Below the pieces are notes generated by a model that was not told the DNA's origin, searched no databases, and saw nothing but the letters and a program-made list of their open reading frames with translations. From Chara braunii (lineage: Eukaryota; Plantae; Charophyceae), in the NCBI GenBank assembly GCA_003427395.1, contig BFEA01000025.1, forward strand, positions 1,442,394-1,506,393: 64,000 bases of DNA, written 5' to 3'. Below, one piece after another: positions 38,465 to 52,590 of this stretch. The position numbers and the translations under genes are program-made. Within the stretch, counting starts at the first letter, position 1. Each line of letters begins with the position of its first letter.

Positions 38465-38940
38465 GGCAGGTCACCAAGCTGCCACTCATCAGGGGTCCTG
38501 TGCTGCGCGCAATGGCCCCCAGCCAAAGGGGGTAGAATTGCAAGGTCCCAGCTCACCAAGCTGCCACTCATCAGGGGTCCTGTGCTGCGTGCAATGGCCC
38601 CAGCCAATTGCAAGGTCCCAGCTCACCAAGCTGCCACTCATCAGGGGTCCTGTGCTGCGTGCAATGGCCCCAGCCAACGCGGGTAGAATTGCAAGGCCCC
38701 CCGGGGCCAAGTCCCGCGCGCCCTGATTCTTCAATTGTGACCGTTGATCATCATAATCTACGGTCAGAAATGGAGACTCTGAGTTGGGAGGCCATGTTGC
38801 ACTCGCAGGAGCACTAGTTGGGAGGCCCTGATTCTTCACTTGTGACCGTTGATCATCATTCATCATAATCTACGGTCAGAAATGGAGAGTTGGCAGGCCA
38901 TATTGCACTCGCAGGGGCATTAGTTGGGAGGCCGCGTTGC
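38465..38940. repeat. Tandem repeats: 61-78 bp x3, then a ~105-bp duplication
   Basis: CACCAAGCTGCCACTCATCAGGGGTCCTGTGCTGCG x3; CCCTGATTCTTCA..TCTACGGTCAGAAATGGAGA x2. Confidence 0.85.
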
Positions 38941-40198
38941 ACTTGCAGCAGCACTCGACTCTACCTTCTTCTCCCGAATACAACCTACGGTCATTATGGC
39001 TGTATTGGGGGTGTCTTTCAGTCTAAATACAGCTACAATGACCATACGTTGTATGCGGGGGAAGAAGGGTAGGATTTGGACACTCTGCATTGTGACAATT
39101 GATAGAGCCATCGATTCCGTTTTCATCCAAGGGTCCCTAAAACTGATCGGATATATTTCTTAGGTGACAAGGGGCATGGGCTGAATGAACACTGGGGCCA
39201 AAGGCTGGTTTTCATCATATTTTGTAAATTTGTATGCTGTGGGCCCTGTAGGGTAGTAGAGGATGGGAGGCCTTTCTTGAAGAGCGGGTGGCCAGCCATC
39301 TGGTTTTCAGAGGCGGAATGGTGTGTGTGGTGCTCATAACTGCAGGCACTGCAGGGCGTGCGTGTCAGCCTGTCAGGTGACAGTGCAGCCCGAAAGTGCA
39401 GGGCAGGGGCCTGGTCCCATTACCGGTAGCACAGAGGATTAGCTTTGATTCCTGAATCTGGACTTGTTCGTGGCAAGATGCAAAACGGACCTATTGATCT
39501 GCTTTTTTCTGCATCTCTGCGCAAAACTCATCCAGAGTCAGGAACTTAATCCAATCCTCATTGCTAATGGGACCTGACCCCAGATGCAGGTTTGGACGTT
39601 CTTTTTTTTTTTTTTTTGGGGGGACATCTTTTTTCATGTTACATCCTTGCACTGCCGGTTTTTTTTCTCATCCACATAACCGCGGCATGCTGCCACACAG
39701 GTCAGGAAACCAGACTCCGCTTGGGGGACATGGCCCTGGGTAAGTGGGACTTGGCCCTGGGTATATAACTGGGACTTGATGCCAGCAAGCGATAGAGAAT
39801 ATATATTTTTTTTGTTTCTCAAGGACGACACACATAAATCGAAAAAAAAAAAAGAAAAAAAAAAAGGAGGTAGTGTTGCCTTTCCAGAGACTATTTCTGG
39901 ACGTAATTGCGGTCAGAAGCATCGACATCCTGCCATAAATGCGGTCGGATACATTTGAGATAGAGCTAGTGCGAGTACGGCCTGAGGGGATACTCACACT
40001 ACGTGCATCTGGACCTGGCTCCTCGGTCCTGATTAGGCCCGCAGGAGGACCCATGCTTTCCAAAATAGTAGGAAACAAAGAGGAGACAGAGTAAACACTG
40101 AGAGTCGTGTTAGACTCGGGGGGTCAATCGACCCTGTGTGTGTGGTTCGGTGGAGTTAGGATGGGTAATTCCAGCTTAGAATAGTTGCAGAGTGTGGA

Positions 40199-40336
40199 GT
40201 GTGGTAGCGAGGTTAGTAATAGTGTGGTAGCGAGGTTAGTAATAGTGTGGTAGCGAGGTTAGTATAGTGTGGTAGCGAGGTTAGTAATAGTGTGGTAGCG
40301 AGGTTAGTAATAGTGTGGTAGCGAGGTTAGTAATAG
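40199..40336. repeat. 23-bp minisatellite (AGTGTGGTAGCGAGGTTAGTAAT) x6
   Basis: Direct tandem copies. Confidence 0.92.
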
Positions 40337-40950
40337 ATAGAATACGGGTAAAGGGTGAGGGAGCCAGGGGTTAGGTCCCACTTGCACGAATTAAAAGATA
40401 GTGACCGCAGATAGCAAAGATCAACGGCCGAAATCTCCCTATTTGCGCAAGTGGGACCTTGCCCCAGAATTAGGGGCTGAGTGAGGTAAAGACGAGCCTT
40501 TTCGTAGAACGGTAGGATTGGGCAGGTCTGGAATCTTCCACTCTCCTTTGGCCTCCTCCTACTCTTCCACCAGGGAGTTTAGCAGGAGGGTTTAGTGGGG
40601 GGGGGGAATAGTGGGAGGTAGGAGTAGCTGTTTAGTTAATGGGGCGGGATTTTTTGAGGTAAGCAGAAGGTGATTGGTAGGAGTGGCAAAATAATAGTAT
40701 TACTAGTAGAGATGATTCAATCCCGGTGGTTCTCTTACCACCACCAGGATAGAGGCCTTGCACATGGGCCTTAAGGCAAAAAAAAAAAAAAAAAAAAAAA
40801 AAAAGGGATTTGTAGTAGATGATCAGAATCACTTGGGAATTTAGTGGGAACTGGGTAAACTCAGAATCAGTGGGTAAACTCAGAGATGCTGCCGGGATAA
40901 CCCCGGGTTTAATTGTGAGGACCCCGACCTCGTAACAGTGTCTCTTTTCG

Positions 40951-41007
<57 letters not shown>

Positions 41008-41280
41008 ACTACGTGCATGGTCGCACTACTCGCCATCCGCCAACATTTTGATTGCATGTGGACACCCATCTGTCCAGATGCATTCAAAATCTTGGCGGAT
41101 GGCGAGTAGTGTATGTAACCAGGGCATACCGATAGCCCCTCTCTACTTATTTTGTGGACGTAATTGCGGTCACACCCCAGGAGGTCTGGCCGTAAATAAG
41201 ACCAGATACAGTTAATATCTAGCAAGTGTTAGTACGCCCTGAGGGCCTGAACACAGTGGCGTATGTAAGGGGTACAACCC

Positions 41281-41446
41281 GGGGCCAGGTCCCACTAGCA
41301 GCGTTGAGTTTCCTCAACGCCCGAATCTGGACGCGTTCGTGGAGATGTGCGGTTGAGAAAACTCAACGCCATTTCTGCACATATCCACAGACACGTCCAG
41401 ATTCAGGGGTTGAAGAAACTCAACGCTGCTAGTGGGACCTGGCCCC
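41281..41446. mobile_element. Foldback MITE family B (termini GGGGCCAGGTCCCAC)
   Basis: Near-palindromic 166 bp; relatives at ~42088-42259, 46264-46454, 46490-46618, 48160-48327, 34210-34290, 40367-40465. Confidence 0.8.
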
Positions 41447-44400
41447 CAGACACCCCTCTGCCCACTGGTTCTCCCTTTGGATAATACGCAGCCCGTTATG
41501 TCCGAAAACGACAAAACCAGCGTCAGGATTTACCTGAGCCACCGTTTTCTTCGCTGCCCAGGTTGGTTAGTCAGTGATTCAGCCAGGTAGTTAGCTAACT
41601 CTTCAGCTGCTACCGGTACTCAGTTAGTTAGTTAGTTAGGTTGTTAGCGTACTTGACACTGACTGATGAGGACAGGAAGCTCGTTTCTGTCTGGCTTAAA
41701 TTTGACGATCAAAAGAAAAAGAAAAAATAATAATAGTAATAATAATAATAAAAAATTGACGATCTTCCTTATCTACGGTCACATTCGAAGAACCTAGAGG
41801 TCTCTGACCCCTCCACGCTGACGTACCGCCGGTTCTCTGGATGACCTCAGGGTCTCCTTTTTTTTTCCCCCCTTTTTCAGAAAAGTAAAAACTTTCTGCC
41901 ATGCATTCCCTTGGCCGTTAGATCGGAGACGACAGGCAGAAATCTACGGCAGGAGAAGCCCTGCACAACTTGCCTGACGGCGGATAACAGCTGGGAGATG
42001 CAATCAGTCCGTTGGTGTGCTGGTTCTCGATTTATTTTTTTATTTATATTTGTTCTTGTATCTTACTCTTTTGGTTTGCTGTCTTCTGGGGCGTGGTCCC
42101 ACTGCTAGCAAAGGGGATCGGATCGAATGCCCGAATCTGGACGTAATAGTGGAGAGGTGCAGGAAATCGAAATTGAACTGCTTTTCTGCACCTCTGCATA
42201 AAAACACATCCAGATTCAGGAGCTCGATCCCATCCTTTCTGCTAGTGGGACCTCGGCCCTGGCAGTAAGAGGGCTCTGAGAGGGTACAGGCCATGCAGTC
42301 CAGCAGCCGGACAGCCATTCTTGCTTGTTTCTGCCCTTCCGGCGTTTTTTTTTTCTTTTTCTTTTTGATTTTTTTTTCTTTTGCCCGAGACCTCTGTCTG
42401 TTGTCAAGAAAAAAGAAGGCCGTTGTCTTTGCACAAAGATGAGAATGAATCTTCCTCAAGAACACGGAATTATACACCGCCATATTTTTTGTCTTTTGTG
42501 CATGTGTGGAGAGTCGTGCAGCGAGGCCCTTTGTCGGTTTTCCCCCCCCTCTTGAACTCGAAGGTGATCTGCACACCCAGACCGACCGATACCAAGCTCG
42601 CCCAGCGACCGGTTACCTGATCTCGGCGACCGGGTGCTGTCGATCCCCCCCCCGCCTACCCCTCATGGTCTGCCCTTAGACGAGTCAAGACGACTGGCTG
42701 CTGGTCCTCGGACCTCAGCGACTGGTCGGATCTCCTACAGGACTGCCGATGGAGACATTTTTTCTTCGGCGACCGGTCCTTACAGAATTCTGGTGATCCG
42801 TGGGAACAGACCAACAGACCGTGTAAAACAGATTTCTGAGGGTCGCATTCACCGACCGGTCGGAAGAAGAAATTCGGAGCATCTGGAAGTCTACCAGCGA
42901 CCGGTATATAGCGTTCTACCGACTACCGGTAGCTTCTTGTTTTTTTTTTGTTTTTTTTTTAAGTACCGTCTTGGTTTGGGACGCCGCATGCCCAACGATC
43001 ACTGCTAGCTTGCCAGCTGGCTTGTCTGCCCCCGTGCCCGCTACCTGGCTGGCCGTACAGCGTGCCGAAATGCAGGCTGGCTGCAGTCTTTCCAGTGCCT
43101 GCAGCAGCCTGCAGGCAGCCTGCATTCTGGCCCGTGTCTGCAGCCTGCAGAGGCGCCAGGCCTCCGCGCCTGCCTGCGCTTACGAGCGCGCGGGCTACCG
43201 CAGCGGCCTTCCCTGCGTGTCTAGATGCTTAGCGGGCTGGATTGCCGCCAGCGGACTGGCAAGGAAGCCCGCTGCGGTAGCCCGCGCGCTCGTATGCGCA
43301 GGGAAGGCGGAGATCGGTCGCCGATCTATGATGCCATGATGCGCTTGCGATGGGATGGACACTACCGGTAGCTTGCACAACAGTGCGCGTTGCGCTGCGC
43401 TCCGACAGACTGCGCCCGGCCTTGGATCCGATCAGCGGATGACGTCTCCCACCTCTCTCACACCTATTCCCCTCCGTCATTCCCTACACCCGCCCGCCCG
43501 TCGGGCTGGGCGCGCAAAACAGGCCGCAGCCTCATGGTGCAAGGCTGGCATTCTGGCCAGTCTGTCTCTGTCCGTGCATTTGTCTTTGTGCGTGTATGTG
43601 TTCGTGTACGTGTATGTGCGCGACNNNNNNNNNNNNNNNNNNNNNNNNNNNNNNNNNNNNNNNNNNNNNNNNNNNNNNNNNNNNNNNNNNNNNNNNNNNN
43701 NNNNNNNNNNNNNNNNNNNNTGTGTGTGTGTGTGTGTGTGTGAAACGCTCTCTGTGGGCACTATGTGTCTTGATGACTCAAAAAAAAAAAAAGTGTGTTC
43801 TTAATTTGGGGTTTAGACCATTGATTTTGTAGTAATGCATTCCGGCGCTCTCTTCGCTGGTTCGTGCGTGCGTTCGGTCCCCCTTTCAGTTTTTCGTTCC
43901 CTCGGAGGCAGACGGATTTTTTTTTTTTTTTTTTTTTTCCGTGTATCTTTATGTAGGGGCAAACGGTTTTGATGACTGAATTTGCTCTAAGTGTCCGCGG
44001 GGACGCGCACTACCAGTAGCGGCGCGGTGTGGGGTGCATGAGGCTCCAGCCGCGGCTACAACTTTAAGCGGAAAAAGCACCCCTCTCGTTTCCGTTGCCC
44101 CGATCCCCCGGCCCCCCTCCCCCCTCATCTTCCTCTTCCTCCTCCTCCTCCTCCTCCTCCTCCTGGTCGAAAGTACAGCCTATCCTTGTGCGCAATGCAC
44201 ATCGATACCCCACCACTTGACATTGTCACACAATAACTCCACTCTCTTGTGACCATACGCATCGGGACTCGGGACGCGATAGTATCACTGCACGGCAGTC
44301 TGCAGGTAGCCGTTAGGGGTTCATCCCCATACTTGACTCTGATTGGTCGATGGGTTCGATATACAGGCAGGCAGGCAGACAGGCAGGCATGCAGGCAGGC

Positions 44401-45384
44401 AGGGATGCAGGCAGGCAGGGATGCAGGCAGGAAGGGAGGGAGGCGGGAAGAGAGGCGTAGCATGCCAGCAAGGCGGGGTTTGAAAACGGGCGAGGGTTGA
44501 TTGTGGGTGAGAAAGATCCGTTGTGCTTTCTTCCATCGAAGAGGAAACATAGACTTTCGAACACTACTGTATTTCGCTGTACATAGCAACAGCATATATA
44601 AAGCACCACGTACTTAGTACGTCCATAGACGGGCCATACCCGAGCACACTGATCACACATACAGTTGCTATCACAGTGACCACACACAGAGTTAAGTACA
44701 CAGCCGAGCTGGCAGCTGCAGCAGCATGTCTTAAGTATACCGTACATAGTACGAACGTAGCCGGGTCACAACGTATCACAATGACCACATAGATACATAA
44801 AACGTACGTAGTCGAGCGGTTGGTCTGCATTCCGACCAACCAATGGAATGGAATCAATAAACAGTCTGAGATGAGAATACGTTGACGTCATTAATGTGTG
44901 TAGGTTGGTTATAATTGCCGGGATCGTATCGACGGCAAGAGCGGGAGTTATCAGGGTAGTGTGCATACTCCACTCCGACTTCCTTAACTGGAATCTGGAC
45001 GTGATTGCAGGTCAGATGCGTTAACATCTGGACGTGGTTGCGGTCAGGTGGGTGCACAACAGTGCTGGTGTGAGTAAAAAATATGCCGTCGGTCGCCTGA
45101 TTATCTACGCTTCGCTGCTCACTGTGCTCAGGGTGTGAGAGCCGGTACAGCTATCCCGCTGCAGCTTGCTATCGGCCTCGCTCCACCACTCACGACATCC
45201 ACAAAATACTAAAAAGATGGCGGTGTATCTGCCCATGCTACAACAGTAAGATTCGTTCTCATTTTGCACATAAATATGGTGAGTAATGGAGCGAGGCCCT
45301 GTGGGGGGTGGGGGGTACACTTGTGCAAAGAGCGCAAGGGCTCGTAGATCACTCGCTTGGTCTGTAGCTGTACTACGGCCATTG

Positions 45385-45575
45385 CGTGCGCTAGGCTGCG
45401 CTGGGTTGCGATAGGCTGCGCTGGGTTGCGCTAGGCTGCGCTGGGTTGCGCTAGGCGGCGCTGGGAGCGATACACACCTTCAGGCTTCAGCTGCTCTGGA
45501 AGCAGCTAATGGTGAGACAGCTTGACTGTTGCGCAGGGTTGCGCTGGGTTGCGCTAGACTGCGCTAGGCTGCGCT
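45385..45575. repeat. 20-bp minisatellite (GCGCTAGGCTGCGCTGGGTT) in two blocks
   Basis: Tandem copies at ~45385-45465 and ~45530-45575. Confidence 0.8.
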
Positions 45576-48500
45576 GCTATCTCCTCTCATCCCAGAGGGC
45601 TCTAATAGGCTCCAGCGTGCCAGCTCACGGGATCAGATTTGCCTAGCCCTTAGGCAATGGCCGTTAGAGGCGTAGGACGTGAGAGTAACTCCTACCCTAC
45701 CTTCTTTCCGATTAGATTTTATAATTTTTATTATAAAATAATGATTATTATTATATTATATTTATATATATTAAAGGGATCATTTTATTGGTTTACAACG
45801 TCGACTTGGGGTTGGAGTTGCGATTGCGGGGTCGACGATGGGAAGATGATGTATAAGGGGGCACGATTTCTAAATGAAAAGAATAAAAACGGGCATGCCT
45901 CCCATGCCTCCCATGAGTGGTAGGGATGCTCTTACGACCGCACGATCTATCAGAGCCCTCTCGCATCAGGGCATTTTTTTCCGAACGAATCTTACGACCC
46001 CGGCTGCCAATCTTAATCGCTTCAAAAGTGCCTGGATCATACGATACTGGCTGCCCTTCAATAAATAAATAAATTAAAAAAAAAAAAGACAACTAAAAAA
46101 AAAAAAACATGATCACTTCGGTTCGGGGTCGAAGGTCCCACATGCACCGATAAACCGAAGCTTGCCGTCGATTTTGTTTTTTTTTTTCCTCCTTTTTTTT
46201 TCAGAATCAGAGGAGAACCCGAGCGGATGGGGGGCTGATAAGAGCAGGCACCGGCAGCACTCCCGGGGCCAAGTCCAACTAGAAGCGTTGAGTTTCGTCA
46301 ATGCCCGAATCTGGACGTGTTTGTGGACATGTGCCGTTGAGGAAACTCAACACTATTTCCTGTACATCTCCTCAAACACGTCCAGATTCGGGAGATGAGA
46401 AAACTCAACGCTGCTAGCGGGAGAACTCAACGCTGCTAGTGGGACTTGGCCCCCGGGGTAGGCTCCATCTATTGGTGCAGTGCAGGACCCGCTGTGTGAA
46501 AACTCAACGCTGCTTGTGTGTGTGTGTGCGCGAAACTCAACGCTGCACCATGTCTCCACAAACACGTCCAGATTCAGGCGTTGAGGTAGCTCAACGCTGC
46601 TAGTGGGACTTGGGCCCCGGGGTAGGCTCCATCTATTGGTGGTGCGCAGGACCTGCTGGAAAGCGGCTCAAGCGTCTGGTCGATTCTTCCTTCATTCGTT
46701 ATCTATCTACTACGGCCAATTTTGGCCTCGTTCCAGAACACATTCTATATTAAGTATCGTGGGGCTCATAGTCGTCCCGATACATTCGAAATGTTGCACT
46801 CCTCGAAATGCACCTGGTAGAGAAATGTCGTCCTAATGCATGTAGAAGGTTGAGCAGTGTACCAAGGCCGATTATCTCTTGCACTTTGTGAAAAAATTGG
46901 ACCTTGCTGCAGGCCCGCAGGTAGACGTGCCTACTTTCCTAAAATAGAAAGATCGACTCTCTGGCCGATATGTAATATCTGCCTGCCTTCATGGAGTAGG
47001 CGGTTAATCAATGAGATAATTAATTCATTAGTGTCTTTGATAGGGCCTCGTTGCACTATTCTTGCCATCCGCCAACATTTCGAATGCATCAGGACAGGAG
47101 ACCTGGTCAGATTCATTCAAAAGTTCGGCCGACGGCGACTGGCGCAAACGTCTTTCCCAGAACACAACGCACCCTGATGACGAATGTATACAAGCTACCT
47201 TTCCGGTCGGGTGCAGCCAAAGTGACCGTGCCGTGCGCTCGGGGGAAGACGGTAGTAGGCCCATAGATAGATAGATCGCCTTCCTCATCAATCGCAGTTG
47301 CCTCCAGCCGTTGGATTTTGCATTACATCATGATCATTCGCGGGAGTCAAAAAAAAAAAAAAAAAAAGCGTCGTAATTGCACTACGGGCCAAGATACATT
47401 TCGAATTACAATTTGGGCAATGTATACAACCCAGCTTTCTGACCAGGTAGGGTTGCCGAAGTGCAATTGCAAACTGTATCTTGCCCCATAGTGCAACTAT
47501 AACTCCTTTTTGCGACACCCTACTGAAGTTTCCCATTTAAAAATTTATATAGGGTCCACCCGGACCCGATCGGGATCGTGGCGACTAAGTGCCCCTAGCG
47601 GAGGCTTAAGGACTCGTTCCGCGTGCGCAGCAGTTCCTGCCGTCTGATCTCTCTTTTTTTTTTTTTTTTTTTTTTTNNNNNNNNNNNNNNNNNNNNNNNN
47701 NNNNNNNNNNNNNNNNNNNNNNNNNNNNNNNNNNNNNNNNNNNNNNNNNNNNNNNNNNNNNNNNNNNNNNNNNNNTTTTTTTTTTTCTTTTTTTTTTGCT
47801 GCCATCCGATCTCAGCATCTCACGGCCGCGCTCTGGCCACGTTGGAAAATACAAGAAAGGAAGACTAAACTTCCGCGATCCCGATCGGGACCGGGGAGTT
47901 GCAGAACTGCTGGGGCCTTCTTCATTTGTCTAATAGCAAGCTCCCCATTGATTGGCCAGTGGAGTGTATAGTTATTAGTTACGTCGGCCTTCCCCCAAAT
48001 ACCACACACCCTCATCATGACTGTATTCAGCCGGGAAAGTTGCTTGTGTACACTCGTCATCAGGGTGCGTTGTGTTCGGGGGAAGACGGTAGCCGTGATC
48101 AGCGGAGAAAACCCCACCAATGAAGGGACGTGAACCTGGACTCTGTGCAAATCCCGACTGGGCCGAGGTCCCACTAGCAAAGAGGATTAGATTGAATGCC
48201 TGAATCTGGACGATTTCGTGGATAGGTGCAGAAAATCGAGATTGAACTACATTTCTGCACCTGTGCTTAAAACACACCCAGATTCAGGAGCTCAATCCAA
48301 TCCCCTTTGCTGGTGGGACCTCGCCCCTGGTTGGGACAGACGGGCGACTTCGTCCATGCCGAACGATTACGTCGTCCGTCGGATTCGCGCGAAATCTCCG
48401 GCCAGGAGAATTTGAATTTATGTTGTCGTAGAGACATATACCGCACGATGCCCGTCAGAGAGACGACAGACGAGAAAAGAAGCAGAGAGCCGTTGTTTAA

Positions 48501-49594
48501 TTAAGAAAAAAAAAAAAAAAAGCTCACGGGAAAAAAAAACAAGACCGTAATCTTGTGAAGAGGGTAGTAAAGTTTGATAGAATGGATAGGAGGGTAGGAA
48601 AAGTTTCTTGTTTTTACTTTACTAACTTTCGTGATGAATATTTTTTATTTTTTTTCAAAAAAAAAAAAAAAAAAAAGTGTTAATCACTTGCTTTTGACAG
48701 AAGTAGGAAAGTTTATTTGCCCAACGAGCAGGCCGCTATAGGTGCTTTTGACAGAAGTGAATCCTTTTTTTTTCTTCTTCTTTTTTTTTTTTTCTTCTTT
48801 TTTTTAAAGCTGAATCTAGGATAGCCTGGAAAGGATAGTTGGGGAAAGATGGATCCCTCACAAGTCGAGCAGGCCGCTATAGGTGCTACATTTGAGACTA
48901 GTGTGAAGACCCAATTTTGAATAAGAGACCAGCAGCAAGATTCTGTTTTGTGCTGTAATTTCACAAGATTACGGGTCTCTTTAGCCACTCCTAAAAATTC
49001 CTGTTTTTAGGATTGCATCGTCGTTGCACGCGATCCTAAATCCGATTTCGAGATCGAAAATGTGAAAACGGCTTTAGGACGAATCCTAAAGAATTTAGGA
49101 TTCCCCAGGCAAATTCTTCCTAAATTTTTCAGTAGCCCCCGACCTACTGAAATCTTTAGAATTCCCGCGTTTGACGGAGTCCTGGCGACGTGCGCATGGC
49201 ACGGTTGTCTTGGACTCCTGGTGCACCCTATTGGCTGAAACCCTGAAGCAGACTTTTTTTCTTTTATTTTTTTCTTTTTAATTACGACTTTCTTTTAGGA
49301 CTGGTCCTAAACGATGGTCTTTTAGGAATGCGTGTAACCACGACGCACGAAATCCTTAAAAACCTTTCGGACTGTCCTAAAAATTTTAGGATTCTTTTAG
49401 GAGTGTCTAACGAGACCCTATCTCGACCTGTTAGGATGCCCTTTTGACCAGCTTCAAGGTTTGTTTGGAAGAGTTCTTTCAGATTGAACTCCATGGATCT
49501 GAAGTGGAGGGAAGCTCTAGATGGTAATGGCGGCGCCAGTGTTTTCCGGCCTCTTTTTCCATATGATTAACGAAATGTTGAATTCTTCGGGGGG

Positions 49595-49632
<38 letters not shown>

Positions 49633-50279
49633 AACACGAAGAGAGACGGGCAGACAGACAAGAGGATGTGCAGCTAGACAGTACAAAAAGGGGCTCGAGA
49701 AATGGGCAAAACGAGAGTGAATCTTTGGCCAGAACATGGAAAGATACACCACCATGATTTTTGTCTTTTATGCACGTCCAGAGTGGTGGAAGGAGGTCCA
49801 AATTTCCTTCTTTTCGGTAAAGATCGTAGATTTTGCATTTGGAAAAAAAAACAAAAAGATCTGTAATGAACCCAGACTGGAAGATACTTGTCAGACTTAG
49901 AAGTACAAGTTGACTCAGATCTTCACAGTGTCTCCAATAATAGTGAGGGGCTCGCTCCTTGGGGCGTCCTTGGGGCCGAAGGAAGTTTCCTTGGGGGTTT
50001 TCAAGGAAATTTCCGCCATCGTTCCACCTGTCCTCGGGGATGTCGCCCGAGGACATTTCCTTCGAAGGATGTCAGACAAGAAAAAAGAAAAGAAAAAAAA
50101 ATCCAAATGTGTTTGAGGCCTTCAGCCAATAGGGTGCCGCCACGATCCAGATTCTTGGTGGTAACGTCTCTCTACCCATGTGCCCGCTCCTCTCCGTGAA
50201 ACGAGGATTCCTTTTGCCCAAGGGACCTCGTGAGGTCCCTTGGGCAAAAGGAAGAAATGGCTGGGAACAGGCGGCCTCC

Positions 50280-50571
50280 TGGTACCTAAGTACCGGTGTG
50301 GAAAGGCCGGCCTCTATGCTGCGAGGCCGAGCCGTGATCTTGACGATTCAGATCAGACCGGCGGGCGGCAGCCTCAAGAGCGCCGCCAGGCCCAACGGTA
50401 ATGTCGTTTGGGCCTGCCCGTCTGGTCTGGTCCTAATTGTGGCCTAAAGGCCAACCGGTGGGCCTACAGTGGCACCTCCGGTCTAAAGGTCCGGCCTTGG
50501 GCCTGGACCGGCCTCTGAACCCCTATCTGTCGGGCCTAACCGGCCCGTGTGGTGTGACACAGTGTGTAACA
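50280..50571 (-). repeat. Inverted 5' part of a second-family LTR
   Basis: Reverse complement of ~37086-37385; terminates in TGTAACA at 50571. Confidence 0.8.
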
Positions 50572-50711
50572 GTTACTCTCTTGGTGGTCATTGCTTATCT
50601 CTTCCACCCTCCTATTGTCTATTCCCCCTCCACTCTCTTCGTCTATTGGTAACGAGACCTTGTATCAGATATCACTTTCAGGGGCTCGTTCGACACTCCT
50701 CGGGCGCGTAC

Positions 50712-51260
50712 TTCATCTTCTTCTTATTCAGATTGGAGACTTTGATACGAGTTGAACAGAGATCAGTGTTGGACTTCGGCGGTAAGAGGCTGTGGTACTT
50801 ACCGGATTCGAGACTTGGAGATTGTTGGGATTGATACTTGGCGGCATCACAGATTGGATACCGGTTACATTAGGACTCTGTACCTCCGACATTGGTGACT
50901 TATTGTCCACGACACTTTGATCTTGTTCAATGACATTTTGGACTACCATATCGGTGACCTACTGGATTTTATCTCGGTGACATCTGGCGCTGCCTACATC
51001 TCCCACCTCCTTCGTCTCTCCTCCCACCTTTCATCTGTGCATGGTTGTACGGGGCCTGAGCATCGTCTATGATTGGCTCAGACCGCACCATCTCACGATT
51101 GTTTGTGTGTTGAGTGGTCTCTGTATTAGTTCAGTCTATGTGAGTCAGTCCATTTATCAGACTTCCGCTGCATACATGCTCATCCTATACTGGTTGATCT
51201 TTGGTTCTGCCCATACTTGTTGAAGTATTCACGAGTATGCAACAGTTTTGGTATCAGAGC
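50712..51260 (+). mobile_element. 3' part of a second-family LTR plus tRNA-iMet PBS
   Basis: Colinear with ~37690-38228; ends TGCAACA (51244), then TGGTATCAGAGC at 51249-51260. Confidence 0.88.
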
Positions 51261-51369
51261 AGACCAACTAATGGATCTGCTCACAAGGTAATTCTGATTA
51301 GCGAATAGATTGCTTATTCGATTTTCCAAATCCGTTCTGCATTACTATCGAGAGTCAAAGTTGCAATTT

Positions 51370-51530
51370 TTGTTTTAATTCGGTATTCCGTTTTAATTCT
51401 AGATTCCGATTTTCAATTCGGGATTCTGTTTTAAATTTGGTATTCTGTTTTAATTCGGTATTCTGATTTTAATTCGGTATTCTGTTTAAATCGGTATTCT
51501 GTTTTAATTCGGTATTCTGATTTCAATTGC
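51370..51530. repeat. Degenerate 18-20-bp tandem repeat (TTTTAATTCGGTATTCTG) just downstream of the PBS
   Basis: About 8 imperfect copies. Confidence 0.8.
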
Positions 51531-51560
51531 AATCAGACTGGCATACTTCGTCACTTCACA

Positions 51561-52522
51561 TGCATATAAACAGATGGTGAATCACACTGGCGCCTAGCGC
51601 CCAACTCAACGCTCGAGGATATGGGAACCAAGACACAGTTCAGATGCAAGCTCGCTTCAATAGGCTATGGTGCATCAGCACCCACTCATCGCAACTCTCG
51701 TCACTGTGTCCAACACCACTGTTCACTTCACACATCAACTCCGGATCACCCTGGATACCCCACGTGCACACTCTGCACACACACGAATGCACACCTATTA
51801 CTAACTATGGCAGCTATGGCCGCCAGCTAACTCTACTCTACAAGCAGCTATGGCTGCGCTAACTCCCTCTAGCCCACTTCGACTTCAGGCTCCTCTGCAG
51901 ACCACCTCGCACAAGTCACCGTGGCAGCGCTTCCGCATGGCTTCCGCAGGAATGAATGAATGGCTGTGCGCTGCCTCTTGATTTATACTTCTCTAACTCG
52001 TTGGTCTGCCCCTTTCCGTCGGCCCATGGTACACACAGTCCCCTATGGTACTTGCTGGACTGGACTGGGACTGACTGGATTGTACCGCTGACTGCATGGG
52101 GACGCACTGCTAACCTACTGCTATCGTACTGCGAACGTACTGCAGTTGGTCCACCAATTGCCCACTTGCCCACTTGCCCACTTGCCTCAGTCTAAAACGT
52201 GAGCAAGCTGCGAAAGGCCACTTCCAGACCTTCCAGAAGTCTGTGGACTTGGCCTTTCGGGACTGTAGCAGCTACGACCTTGACCTTTGAGGACTGTAGC
52301 AGCTACGACTTTGACCCTTCAGGACATCTAGAGCTACGACTTCTGGAACTCTCTAAGACCTCTACTCGACAGGTCTACAGATCGAATCCCTATGTCCACA
52401 CAGTCCTACGACAGACAAACAACAACTCACGAAACACAGGTCACAGGTTCAAATACTCAGGGGTCAACTCGGTACTGTACATGGGTAAGGTAAGGTCTGG
52501 GGATCGAACCCTGGGATCTGCA
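51561..52522 (-). repeat. Probable 3' LTR of a third, chromodomain-bearing Gypsy
   Basis: Imperfect terminal IR TGCATAT...ATCTGCA, lying just 3' of the chromodomain remnant. Confidence 0.45.
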
Positions 52523-52590
52523 TCTGCCTCTGCAAAGGTGAAAACCGTTTCACTCCCGCTGGCCTAAATTCGAGGTCCTCCGAGAGTAAC

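Noticed and set aside
48985-49440. Interstitial telomeric repeat
   Set aside because: The motif is TTTAGGA, dispersed and in both orientations, not tandem TTTAGGG
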